In this document: piece after piece, positions 37,556 to 47,212 of the stretch | Numbering within the stretch: the stretch's first letter is position 1 | How the letters are laid out: every line of letters begins with the position of its first letter | Source: a virus | Lineage: Duplodnaviria > Caudoviricetes | Reading direction: 5' to 3' (one strand) | DNA: 53,607 bases | Virus record (IMG/VR): IMGVR_UViG_3300028557_000049 | Span: 1-53,607 of that record | Made by a program: the position numbers and the translations under genes | Notes under the pieces: generated by a model | The model's input: the letters and a program-made list of their open reading frames with translations, nothing else | What the model was told of the DNA's origin: nothing | Database searches by the model: none

Positions 37556-38004
37556 TATTTACCAGCAATTATTTCTTTGATTCTAGGTATACACATGGCT
37601 TGGGTTTCATGCAACAAGTTAATTGATTCGTCTAACCCAACCCACATCCAGTTGTCCATCTCAGGGAAACCACCACGTTCTGGTGAAACAAAAGAATTAC
37701 ACTTCAAATCAAACTTTGACCAATCAAGTGTACCAGAGTTTCGTTCTAATAATAGAAATGGGTGAAGTATCTTCTTCTTGGTGGTATACTCAACCGAATC
37801 CAATTGACGTAAGCCATTGGTTTCTAATATCCTAATATTACATTCTTCATACGTTTCACGTATGGCAGCTTCTATAAGCGTTTCGCCAGTATCTAATCGA
37901 CCCTTGGGTATTGACCAAAAGTCTGGCTTATGATTTGTTGGATGACAAACCAATAACTTATTACTATTGTTAACTAAAAATATACCAGCACATATAGCTT
38001 TCAT
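37555..38004 (-). CDS. NUDIX hydrolase
   Basis: WSIPKG...E...AAIRETYEE; FPEMD. Confidence 0.88.
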   Translation of the reverse strand: MKAICAGIFLVNNSNKLLVCHPTNHKPDFWSIPKGRLDTGETLIEAAIRETYEECNIRILETNGLRQLDSVEYTTKKKILHPFLLLERNSGTLDWSKFDLKCNSFVSPERGGFPEMDNWMWVGLDESINLLHETQAMCIPRIKEIIAGK

Positions 38005-38005
38005 A

Positions 38006-38350
38006 TTATAGTAGTTTTGTTCCAGCAGTATAAACACTTAAACTTAAAGCGACTTCACCTGATGGTTTTTCACCAACTAGTATCATCGCTTGACTCTCAA
38101 CACCTTTTATCATAGTTGGTTCTAGATTTGTAATGAATGGGAATAACCCACCCACAAAATCTAATGCTTTATGTGTCTTACCTAAGTTGGTAAATACCGT
38201 GCGAACATCTCCATCACCAAAGTCTACGGTTAATTTTAAGCCATAGCTCTTTGGAACTAACTCAGCATCAGTTACCATACCAATCTTTATTGATAATTGC
38301 TTCTCTATTTCTAGGAAATCAATAAAGCTTATTTGTTCTTTTGTTTCCAT
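38006..38350 (-). CDS. tRNA-binding OB-fold protein (CsaA/MetRS-C-like)
   Basis: ISFIDF, LKLTVDFG, TNLEP..I.GVESQAMIL. Confidence 0.85.
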   Translation of the reverse strand: METKEQISFIDFLEIEKQLSIKIGMVTDAELVPKSYGLKLTVDFGDGDVRTVFTNLGKTHKALDFVGGLFPFITNLEPTMIKGVESQAMILVGEKPSGEVALSLSVYTAGTKLL

Positions 38351-38359
38351 AATTATATT

Positions 38360-38872
38360 TTAATCTTCTTCTACTTCTTCTGGTAAGATACCCAACCATG
38401 GTTTCTTCTCCATTTTAAATCTTAAATTTTCCTTAGCAAGTACTATATTAAAGTACTTCTTTACGCCTGTTATTTCTTCACCAAGCCATGATGGTTTAAC
38501 CCAACTATTCATGGCTTCTATGCTTTCAAATTCAACCTCACAAAACTTCATATCATTTGGGAAGGTATCAATATCATAATGATACTGACCATCTTTAAAC
38601 GTAGCTCTGAGTTTTTCAAGGGTTAGTGTTAACTTATTATATATTTCGTGTCCTTCAGCCATTGGAATTTCATACTCAAACTCATCCCTAATAATATCCT
38701 CAGTAAACTTAATACCTATAACAGCATTATTATCTGTAAGTCTTATTCTAACTTGTTTATCTTTCTCAGCTAGGAGATAACCTTGTTTAATTTTGTAAAT
38801 CCTATAACTACCAGTTATTGGTACTTCAATATCAGAATTTAATAAAAACTTACGTTCAATTTCTTTACCCAT
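38360..38872 (-). CDS. CYTH-domain triphosphatase
   Basis: EIERKFL, QGYL, VRIR, EFEYEI, EVEF, PSWLGEEITG. Confidence 0.9.
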   Translation of the reverse strand: MGKEIERKFLLNSDIEVPITGSYRIYKIKQGYLLAEKDKQVRIRLTDNNAVIGIKFTEDIIRDEFEYEIPMAEGHEIYNKLTLTLEKLRATFKDGQYHYDIDTFPNDMKFCEVEFESIEAMNSWVKPSWLGEEITGVKKYFNIVLAKENLRFKMEKKPWLGILPEEVEED

Positions 38873-38957
38873 CTTAAGTGGATTGATTTTTAGTAATCAT
38901 ACAAAGGTACTAAATTATCTTGAGATAAACAAACCTTTTAAAAAAGTATTCACTTTT

Positions 38958-40547
38958 TTATTTAAATGTCGTAAACTCATTATTAATGAAGTTAATGTGT
39001 TGTGCACGTCCATCATTATGAATTATAACATGGCTTTGTAACCAAGTACTTGGCCCTTGATTGTAACCGACACGTAAGTGTGTGCTGGTACCAACAGCCA
39101 AAGCACCGTCCTTACGTCCAGGTGAATGGTAGTGTCCAACAACAATCTTGGTATTTAATTTTCTAAATTGCAATAAAGAACCACGACTTCCATTCGAACC
39201 AAAATCACCGTGTTGTCCAAGTTCAAAGCCACCCTTAACCTTATATGATGCACTTCTGTTAAGTGAAATAAAGTTAGGGTATTGTTTCTTAATCAACGCT
39301 GGTATTACACCTATTACGTTAGATGGGTCTGAACCATATTGTTCAAGCAATATATCCGATAATTGCATATACAATCTAGCGTTTTTAAAGCTTGGTTGTT
39401 TTTTCCAATCTTCGTTCTTAAGCCATCTATCCAAGAAATCATCGTGATTACTTCTAACAATAACAACGTTCTTAAATTTTTCAAAGCTCTTTAAACCATT
39501 CATCATGGTATCCAATTCCTTACCCAAGTCATTGGTGCCATTCATCTCTTTACCATATTGGATAAATGGGTCTTTCATTTGGTGGTGTGAAATTGAATCA
39601 CCATCGAATACGTCATGTAAGATTACATGGTTAGGCTTAATGTCGTTCATCAATTTAAGCGTCTCATCAATAACCCCTTGGTCATGGTGACCGAAGTGTA
39701 TATCACCCAATATGATAGCTTCCATTGAAGTTACTCGGCTAACCTTACCTGATTCTACATGGTAATATAAATCATTAAAGTTACCTGTCTTATCATCAGC
39801 AGTTACTTGTCTAACAAAGAAGGTTTTTTTATCCTTTATCTCAACAACAACAAAGCCAAAGGTATGATGAAATTCGCCCTTCTTACCAGCCTTAGAATCC
39901 GTATAATTCTTAAGCGTAACTGCACCAGTTGATAGCATCATCTTTGGCTTGCTATTTTCAAGGACTGGTATCATTTCAAGTTGCACTCTTGGCGAACCGA
40001 AGATACATGAATTAATACCGCTAAGTCCTTCTAAGCCAGACATTGGATTAATTGCTGTTGGTTGTATCTTGACATCAGACATAATCGAAACATATTCGTG
40101 TATATCATGTCTATTCGCATCAGCATACTTCATTATTTCATCAGCCCAGACTTCTTCATTTTTTTGTTCGGCTGTAAATACGGATGTCGGATTCTTATAT
40201 CGACCAAGAATGATATGTATATCAGCATCAATTTCCTTGGCATAAGCTTCAATATTCTCATAAAAACCCTTATGAACCTTTGTATTGTTCTGTCCAAAGG
40301 TGATTATAAACCTTTTTTTGGTTTTATCAAACTTGCGCTCTTTGGCCTTGGCATATTGTTCTGGTTCTACCTCTGGCTTACTTTTAAGCTTTAGTTTTTC
40401 ACTGACCCATTTACGTATAGTACGTTCACTAACACCAAATTCATCACCAAGCATTGCCGCTTTCTTTTCCCAAGGTTGCCCATTATCATCTTGGTAAACA
40501 TCAATTAAGCGTTGTTTTTGTTTTTCAGTTAATTCTTTAAACTTCAT
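38958..40547 (-). CDS. T5 A1-like protein (HTH plus metallophosphoesterase)
   Basis: HTH, QNNT.VH, IQPTA.NP.SGL, KAGKKGEFHH, GDIH, SNHD, QHGD.G.NGSRG, GHYH, GYN.GPS.W. Confidence 0.75.
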   Translation of the reverse strand: MKFKELTEKQKQRLIDVYQDDNGQPWEKKAAMLGDEFGVSERTIRKWVSEKLKLKSKPEVEPEQYAKAKERKFDKTKKRFIITFGQNNTKVHKGFYENIEAYAKEIDADIHIILGRYKNPTSVFTAEQKNEEVWADEIMKYADANRHDIHEYVSIMSDVKIQPTAINPMSGLEGLSGINSCIFGSPRVQLEMIPVLENSKPKMMLSTGAVTLKNYTDSKAGKKGEFHHTFGFVVVEIKDKKTFFVRQVTADDKTGNFNDLYYHVESGKVSRVTSMEAIILGDIHFGHHDQGVIDETLKLMNDIKPNHVILHDVFDGDSISHHQMKDPFIQYGKEMNGTNDLGKELDTMMNGLKSFEKFKNVVIVRSNHDDFLDRWLKNEDWKKQPSFKNARLYMQLSDILLEQYGSDPSNVIGVIPALIKKQYPNFISLNRSASYKVKGGFELGQHGDFGSNGSRGSLLQFRKLNTKIVVGHYHSPGRKDGALAVGTSTHLRVGYNQGPSTWLQSHVIIHNDGRAQHINFINNEFTTFK

Positions 40548-40706
40548 TTTAATTATTTAAACACTTTCGTTATTATGTTGCAAAGATACTATTAATATCT
40601 CAGACTTGCAAGTAAAAACCCTTATATTTTGATACTTGGTATCAAGCCATAGAAATACTCTATTTCTTCAGCAAGTTTTATATATGTTTTTTTATTTTTA
40701 TTTATC

Positions 40707-42233
40707 TTAGGCTGTTATTTTATCTAAAAAATCTAACTTAGACAACTTAGCATTTCTCTCGTTTTCAATTTCAGCTTCCAAATTCTGAATTAATTGACCA
40801 ACATTAGGAAGTCTAGTAACAACATTATTTAGACCACTAATTTCTTCTATTTCTGGAATACCATTTACTAATGTTGAAGAAATAATGTCTTCAGATGGGT
40901 TAAAACCATAATCCCGTAACTCGGTGATTAATTGAACAAAATTTTCTTTATCATCAGCATTACTGTGAACCACATTTGGAACGATGATATACGCATAAGG
41001 TTTATTAAAATTGGTTAAATCGTCAAACTTCAAATCACCAGAAGTAAGTTTTTCCCTATCTTCGCTATCAAGTCTAGCAGCTCTACCAAATGTTTGTAAA
41101 AACTTAGACTTGTTAAGTGTTCTAAGTGGTAATATACCAGTAAAACCAGATACATCAATACCCTCGGCCATTGTATCATAATGTAAAACTATAATACGTT
41201 TTAAGTTATCTTTTCCATCTTTTTTAAGTCGTTTAAGAAAGTCTTGTCTTCTAACTTTTTCACCATTGATATCATTACCAATTTCCTCTCTAGATGCAAC
41301 AGCATAAACATCAACACCATTAGCTCGTAACGTCAAGTATTGTGGGCTTGCTAAAAAGTTTTGAATATCTTGGGTTCCTTTAACTGATATTAAAATCTTA
41401 GGGTTAACTTTGGTTAACGTATGAGCGTGTTGTAAAAACGCCTCATATATAATCTTACTAAGACTAAGATTATAATCATCAGTTGAATATACTCCATCCG
41501 TGTTGACAAAGTGAAGTCTAGGTCTAACCATTTTTCCTAATTCAATAGCTTCTCTAGGTGTCATACTATAAAGAATTTCACCATACAACCCTCTATTATT
41601 CATTCCACGACCCCTATCTGATGGTGTATGTATGGTAGTAGCGGTGAAGAAATAACTTCTAGTTGTTTTAAGCGTATTCAGTATATCATGAAACTGTTCT
41701 TGAACCAAATAATGCGCCTCATCAGATAAAACTATTGATATCGGTTGTTTATATAACTCTAAAGCAATTTGAATCTTATCAGCTGAATTATATGTTGAAA
41801 AGAATATCAAAGGCAACTCTTGTTGTTTTGATTTATCAACCATAGCCCTAATCCCATCGATATTAGTGCCTGAACCAATTTCAGAGAATGGGATACTAAA
41901 GCCATGCTCATTTGCTTCAAGTCTTATTTCTTCCAATTCAGATTCATCCGTTTTACCACCAGAATGAACAAACATATATCTAGCTTCAACACCACCTGAT
42001 GTTAAAAAAGAATAAACTTCTTTAAACAACTGAAACGATAAAAGAATCCTAGGTACGTTGATAACGTATATCCTAAATTGATACGGGTTTAACTCTATAT
42101 CATTGGCTATGATAGCCGCTTGGATATATGTTTTTCCTGTACCTGTTGGTAAACACACAATACCTTTGTTATTATAAAAGGTTTTTGTTGTTGCTTCTTT
42201 TTGATACTCGTATAATCTTTCTAATACACTCAT
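40707..42233 (-). CDS. superfamily 2 DEAH helicase (restriction-enzyme ResIII-like)
   Basis: PTGTGKT, DEAH, TAT, EGID, QTFGRAAR. Confidence 0.9.
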   Translation of the reverse strand: MSVLERLYEYQKEATTKTFYNNKGIVCLPTGTGKTYIQAAIIANDIELNPYQFRIYVINVPRILLSFQLFKEVYSFLTSGGVEARYMFVHSGGKTDESELEEIRLEANEHGFSIPFSEIGSGTNIDGIRAMVDKSKQQELPLIFFSTYNSADKIQIALELYKQPISIVLSDEAHYLVQEQFHDILNTLKTTRSYFFTATTIHTPSDRGRGMNNRGLYGEILYSMTPREAIELGKMVRPRLHFVNTDGVYSTDDYNLSLSKIIYEAFLQHAHTLTKVNPKILISVKGTQDIQNFLASPQYLTLRANGVDVYAVASREEIGNDINGEKVRRQDFLKRLKKDGKDNLKRIIVLHYDTMAEGIDVSGFTGILPLRTLNKSKFLQTFGRAARLDSEDREKLTSGDLKFDDLTNFNKPYAYIIVPNVVHSNADDKENFVQLITELRDYGFNPSEDIISSTLVNGIPEIEEISGLNNVVTRLPNVGQLIQNLEAEIENERNAKLSKLDFLDKITA

Positions 42234-42234
42234 T

Positions 42235-42855
42235 TTATTTGGTGTTAATACTGTTAACTATTTCTCTTACCTTATCCCAAAATACCATATTATTATCCAA
42301 TAATACTTTGAAGTCTTTATAACCGAAACACCTTACCTTACCCTTGAACATTTCTTGGTCAGTATAGAAATGCAATCCTTCTGCGGTTGTAAATACAAAA
42401 TGTCTATAGTTCTTCGTATTAGTATTATCTGATACAACATTATATGTCAACATACCATCAGAGAATAAGTTGCTTAAATGGTCTGTATTTGCTGTTAACA
42501 GCGTTTGTGTATTGGTTCGGTATTTAACTTGAACAACACTTGGTTGATTAAGAATATTTACCCCAACACCATCAACACCATTATCATTTACTTGATTTGG
42601 AATATAATTGTATACCCCAACTCTGTTATCAACTGGATGTAATGATAAGAACACTTCAACAAAAAATTCAAAACCATCACCCAAATATCTTTGAACTTCA
42701 TAACGCAATGGGTCAATAATCGCTTGTTTCTCAAGATTGTTCATAAATCTTGAAAATTTATTTACATTAGCAAATAACGCTGGTAAATCATGACATTTGG
42801 TTTTAAAATTATGATGTATCATATTATTAATTAATATTAAATCCTTGTACCTCAA
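42235..42855 (-). CDS. Mrr-like PD-(D/E)XK nuclease
   Basis: GDGFE...DNGVDG...VQVKY; start may be MIHHNF. Confidence 0.7.
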   Translation of the reverse strand: MRYKDLILINNMIHHNFKTKCHDLPALFANVNKFSRFMNNLEKQAIIDPLRYEVQRYLGDGFEFFVEVFLSLHPVDNRVGVYNYIPNQVNDNGVDGVGVNILNQPSVVQVKYRTNTQTLLTANTDHLSNLFSDGMLTYNVVSDNTNTKNYRHFVFTTAEGLHFYTDQEMFKGKVRCFGYKDFKVLLDNNMVFWDKVREIVNSINTK

Positions 42856-43048
42856 GGCTTAAAATTTTGTTGTTAAGTTGTTCTTCTGGCAATTGATTCC
42901 AAAATTTAATCATTTCACGAGTTTCATAATATATGTCAAACTCTTCCATATCTGAAACATCTTGTTGCGTTAATTGTGTTTCTTGATGAAGAAATGTATG
43001 TCCTATTTCAATCATTACTTCTTGGTCTGTTATGTTGATTATATTCAT
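42827..43048 (-). CDS. small acidic protein
   Basis: Overlaps both neighbours. Confidence 0.55.
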   Translation of the reverse strand: MNIINITDQEVMIEIGHTFLHQETQLTQQDVSDMEEFDIYYETREMIKFWNQLPEEQLNNKILSLEVQGFNIN

Positions 43049-43338
43049 ATCTTTTTTTGTTTTATCAAGGTGATTTTTGTTGTTTTTTTAACAATTTGTT
43101 CTAAAGATGAAAACGTTGAGGTAGTTATCATTCCATTATCAAGCTTAATTATAGCCAAATCTTGTATGAAACACTTATAATCAATGGTTCTATCATAGAA
43201 CTCTAGTCCTAATAAAGTTACCATTGGTTTATCTCTTAAGAAGAGATTTCTAAATCTATCATTAACATTTGGTTTTAAAACATAACCAAATTCTAATAAC
43301 TCCTTTAAGGTTATCGCTTCCTGTGTTTTTAGTACCAT
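43045..43338 (-). CDS. hypothetical protein
   Basis: ATGA overlap. Confidence 0.55.
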   Translation of the reverse strand: MVLKTQEAITLKELLEFGYVLKPNVNDRFRNLFLRDKPMVTLLGLEFYDRTIDYKCFIQDLAIIKLDNGMITTSTFSSLEQIVKKTTKITLIKQKKI

Positions 43339-43403
43339 TTCTTATATATTTGATTAATTTAAAAAATCTTTCCAAAAATCTTTTCTAAAGGTAGCTATTA
43401 TAT

Positions 43404-44867
43404 TCAATAATATTTTGGGATTACTTTCTCTATAAACGCCATTTCTTCTTGACTTAAATTAAAATTAGAATAAAGTTTTTTATCTGTCCATTCTTGTGTA
43501 AAATCTAACCACGGTGTCAATGCTAATTCACCTCTGTGTAAATTACCGTTATTTTTATAAATTGATAGGCAAAATCTAACAAAATTTGTTTTTATATAAC
43601 CTAAGAAATTTCTAGCTTCAACTTCACTTGCAAAAGATACTGGTTGTTGTTTAGATTCCAAACTAATTTCTAAATCTTTAGTTACCATTGTATAAAAATC
43701 ATCTACTAACATATCACTATCCATACCTAAACCTAATTTATTAGTATCCTTAACGTGTCCTCTAATTTGTGCTAAATTAACGAAATATGTTTTATCTTCT
43801 TGTGTTTTAATAATTTTATTTAAATTATTATCTTTACATAATTCAATTAGTTTATTTTTTAATTTTGGATACACATCAACGTTACTAAACTTATTAATAT
43901 CATCCGTATTATCATAAACCAATTCAACACCATTTATTCTGTCGATACATTTGATACCAGTATGGGTTTGGTTTTTATTAATATACGTAATAACACACGG
44001 TACAAATAAAGATATACCAAAAACACCATTACCATTAAACAACTCAATACTAATCAAATCGTCTTTAACTAATTCTTTGGTTGAGGTGAATTTTTTTTGA
44101 ATATTTTTTTCATCTATTAACCAAGTTGATGGATGAATACATAAGGTGATATCAGAAATTTCGTGAGATTTTTTAATAAAAGCCATATCCAACATTTGGT
44201 TATATGGTGGGTTCATAACCACAATATCAAATTTATCAACACCCCAAACATCGTTACAATGGTTATCAAACTTATCGTCTAAGAAACTACCATTATAAAT
44301 GTTAATACTATATTCATCTTTTGGGTCGAAGCTAACCAAATACAAGAAACAATTTTTACTTTGTAATTCGGAAACATAAATCATATTTTCCATGATATAT
44401 TTATATCTTTGGTCATCTGATTCGAATATATCTAATCCAACCATCAATCTTTCAACAATACAAGCGATAAAAATACCAGTTCCAGTTGAATTGTCTAACC
44501 ACTTTAAATTAGGGTTAGACCAAACATCTTTAGGTAATTTATTAAGAATTTTTTGTACTAATTCCACTGGTGTCTGAACTTCACCATGTTGCTTGCGCTC
44601 AAAATCACCAACTTTAACATATTCACGAAGCATTTCGACAAGATGTTTAATATAATCAGTCTTTGAAATGTTGTTATCATTAATTTTATTGTAGATTTTC
44701 ATAAACAATCCTCTATCTTTATCCAAGATGGATAATATACCAATCCTTTTTTTATCAATTGGTAAGCCTTGCAATTTAGTTTTTAATGTTGAATCTAAGC
44801 CAGCGACTTCTTCAATCATCATTGCGTCAATAAGGTTTTCGAATTGTTGGTTTTTTGCGAACGTCAT
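43404..44867 (-). CDS. amino (probably N6-adenine) DNA methyltransferase, Eco57I-like
   Basis: GEVQTP, WLDNSTGTGIF, DIVVMNPPY; start at MTFAK after the promoter at 44891. Confidence 0.88.
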   Translation of the reverse strand: MTFAKNQQFENLIDAMMIEEVAGLDSTLKTKLQGLPIDKKRIGILSILDKDRGLFMKIYNKINDNNISKTDYIKHLVEMLREYVKVGDFERKQHGEVQTPVELVQKILNKLPKDVWSNPNLKWLDNSTGTGIFIACIVERLMVGLDIFESDDQRYKYIMENMIYVSELQSKNCFLYLVSFDPKDEYSINIYNGSFLDDKFDNHCNDVWGVDKFDIVVMNPPYNQMLDMAFIKKSHEISDITLCIHPSTWLIDEKNIQKKFTSTKELVKDDLISIELFNGNGVFGISLFVPCVITYINKNQTHTGIKCIDRINGVELVYDNTDDINKFSNVDVYPKLKNKLIELCKDNNLNKIIKTQEDKTYFVNLAQIRGHVKDTNKLGLGMDSDMLVDDFYTMVTKDLEISLESKQQPVSFASEVEARNFLGYIKTNFVRFCLSIYKNNGNLHRGELALTPWLDFTQEWTDKKLYSNFNLSQEEMAFIEKVIPKYY

Positions 44868-45152
44868 GTTGTATTTGTTTGGTGATGTTACAAAGGTAAT
44901 ACTTATTTCTGTAACCACCAAATAATAATGGATTTATAATACCCTTAGTTAAAATTTTTTTATAATCTAGTAATAATATAGGAAAATAGAATCAGATTTA
45001 CTAACCAATCTAATTCACTTGGTGGTATTGCGATATATAACAATACTACTAGTAAATCGACCACAAACCTAAAATCTTTCTTATCCATTGTTAAGGTTAT
45101 TATTATGATGCAAAGGTAAGGGATAATTTTTAAACTACCAAAGATTTGTTAA

Positions 45153-45998
45153 TTATTTTTTTATTTGTTTGAAAATTTCATGTTTTCTATTCAAACAAAG
45201 TTTAGAATTAGAATATAAAAAATCATAAACCTTCTCTATTTGATTCGACCCTTTAACAGTTATAGTAACAATACCATTATCTCTATCTTTATGTCTTACT
45301 TCAAATGATGAATTAACATCTAATTCTTTTTTAAATACGTTGGCAACTTCTTTTAAGAAGACTCCATTACCAGTAAGTGTAAACTTGTGATAATATTTAT
45401 CATATTGATTTCCGTTTTTATCTTTTCTAGAATCACGAATAATACCAATATAACCATCACCATCAAAATAACCACGAATAAAACCACTATATAGATTAGT
45501 ATCTAACCATTTCGGGAAACTTAAAGTAAACGTTTTATTTGGATGACAACCATGTTTAATTAGTTTTTCAGTAATGTTTTTATTACATATTCTAATACCA
45601 ACAGTGTCTTCTCTATTCCCACCTCTTTTATCTTTATATAAAAATAATGGTTTATTAACGTGTATTAATTTATTTAGTCTTTCAAGGATTTCTCTATCGC
45701 TTTCTTTCAAGGCTAAAACTACCATGTTTTTGTTAGTCTTAACATTTCCATCTGCATATAAGAACCCTAAAAAATAAGCTTTTTCATCAGTATCAATAAC
45801 ATCAAAAAAATCTTCATGTATTTCAAATTTTCGATTAACTTCACTTAAAGGTCTTAACTTAATACCTCTTCGTTTAATTAAATCTCTAACTGATGATTCA
45901 GCTCTCTCATATTTTTTACTTAATTCTTTAATGGATGCGCCATCTAAATATAGTGTAACCAAATCAATTTTTTCTACGTCTGTAAGTGTCTTTTTCAT
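45153..45998 (-). CDS. free-standing LAGLIDADG homing endonuclease with N-terminal HTH
   Basis: KAYFLGFLYADG and FIRGYFDGDG; ATATTTAT at 46019-46026. Confidence 0.88.
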   Translation of the reverse strand: MKKTLTDVEKIDLVTLYLDGASIKELSKKYERAESSVRDLIKRRGIKLRPLSEVNRKFEIHEDFFDVIDTDEKAYFLGFLYADGNVKTNKNMVVLALKESDREILERLNKLIHVNKPLFLYKDKRGGNREDTVGIRICNKNITEKLIKHGCHPNKTFTLSFPKWLDTNLYSGFIRGYFDGDGYIGIIRDSRKDKNGNQYDKYYHKFTLTGNGVFLKEVANVFKKELDVNSSFEVRHKDRDNGIVTITVKGSNQIEKVYDFLYSNSKLCLNRKHEIFKQIKK

Positions 45999-46051
45999 AA
46001 TATTTATTTTATTTATTAATAAATATCTGGAAAAGAGTAAAAAAACGTATT

Positions 46052-47089
46052 TTAACAATTATTACTCAAAATTTTTTCTAAGCTACTGCTAGAATTAATT
46101 GAAATGATAGCGTATGCTATTTGCTTTGCAAGGCTAATAACCTTGATTTTACTGCGAATTGGGTGGTTTTCTGGAACGTTTAACTCTAAAGAATTACTAA
46201 TAATTAACTGACTTAATTTTGATTTTGAAAGTCTGTCTAAGGCTGGACCAGATAAAATTCCGTGGCTAGCTATCATTCTTACAGATTTCGCACCAGCTTC
46301 TATCAATCCATCAATGGCTCTATCTGCGCTTCCAAAAGTGTCAATCATGTCATCAACTATAATAACGTGTTTATTTTTAACATCACCAATAATAGTAACA
46401 CTTTCAACAAAATTAGCTTTGGTTCGTATTTTATCAATAACCACATAGTTAATCTCCATAGCGTATTTTTCTTTGAGTTTTGTTACCATACGTTTAACTC
46501 TTTTAACACCACCAGCATCACATGAAGATAATACAATTTCTTCGTCAGGGCCGCATAATACAGTTGATTCATTTGCTATTTTAGCAATATCAGCCGCAAA
46601 TACTGTCTTACCCTCAATATGTGTTACTGGTATCTCAAAGAAGCCTTGAATTTGGTCAGCATGTAACTCATATGTTATGATAGCCGTTGCACCACAAGTC
46701 TCAAGAATCTTAGCCATAACCTTAGCACCAATTGGTCCCCTATCTTGGTCTTTTTTGTCCTGGCGAGAGTATGGAAAATATGGTAGTATTACAATTACCT
46801 CACTTGCAGCAGCTCTCTTAGCTGCATCAATAGCTAGGGTTAGCTTAATGATTTCATCACTTGTATTTGGACTACTTAATAGGTATACTCGTTTACCTCG
46901 AACTGTTTCGTTAAAATCAACACAAAGCTCACCATCAGAAAACTTTGCTTTATTCACCGAACCTAACTGAATGTCTTTATAAGAAGAAGGGTTTGGTACC
47001 CTTGTTTGCTGCTGATAATAGTTATATTTGATGATTATTGACTCCGCAAAATCAATACGATTATCGATTGAAAAAAGTATACTATCCAT
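46052..47089 (-). CDS. prs: ribose-phosphate pyrophosphokinase family protein
   Basis: FSDGE, PYFPYSRQDKK, LHADQIQGFF, DAGG..R, IVDDMIDT. Confidence 0.9.
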   Translation of the reverse strand: MDSILFSIDNRIDFAESIIIKYNYYQQQTRVPNPSSYKDIQLGSVNKAKFSDGELCVDFNETVRGKRVYLLSSPNTSDEIIKLTLAIDAAKRAAASEVIVILPYFPYSRQDKKDQDRGPIGAKVMAKILETCGATAIITYELHADQIQGFFEIPVTHIEGKTVFAADIAKIANESTVLCGPDEEIVLSSCDAGGVKRVKRMVTKLKEKYAMEINYVVIDKIRTKANFVESVTIIGDVKNKHVIIVDDMIDTFGSADRAIDGLIEAGAKSVRMIASHGILSGPALDRLSKSKLSQLIISNSLELNVPENHPIRSKIKVISLAKQIAYAIISINSSSSLEKILSNNC

Positions 47090-47212
47090 AGGTTTAATTA
47101 TTTTGCTACAAAGGTACTAAATAATTTTCAGATTACAAAATTTATTTTTCAAAATACCGAAATTAAATATAATTAACAGCCTTTTCGATATATTTATTTT
47201 TAAATCCATTCT

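Noticed and set aside
45153-46058. LAGLIDADG gene as a group I intron or intein, or carrying a duplicated prs tail
   Set aside because: prs appears complete, no intein or intron hallmarks are visible, and no second prs fragment lies downstream
23262-47089. Bacterial chromosome origin, suggested by rpoD-like, smpB, rnr, infC and prs genes
   Set aside because: The genes lack their usual operon partners (e.g. no thrS/rpmI/rplT beside infC) and sit among phage-type ORFs and homing nucleases
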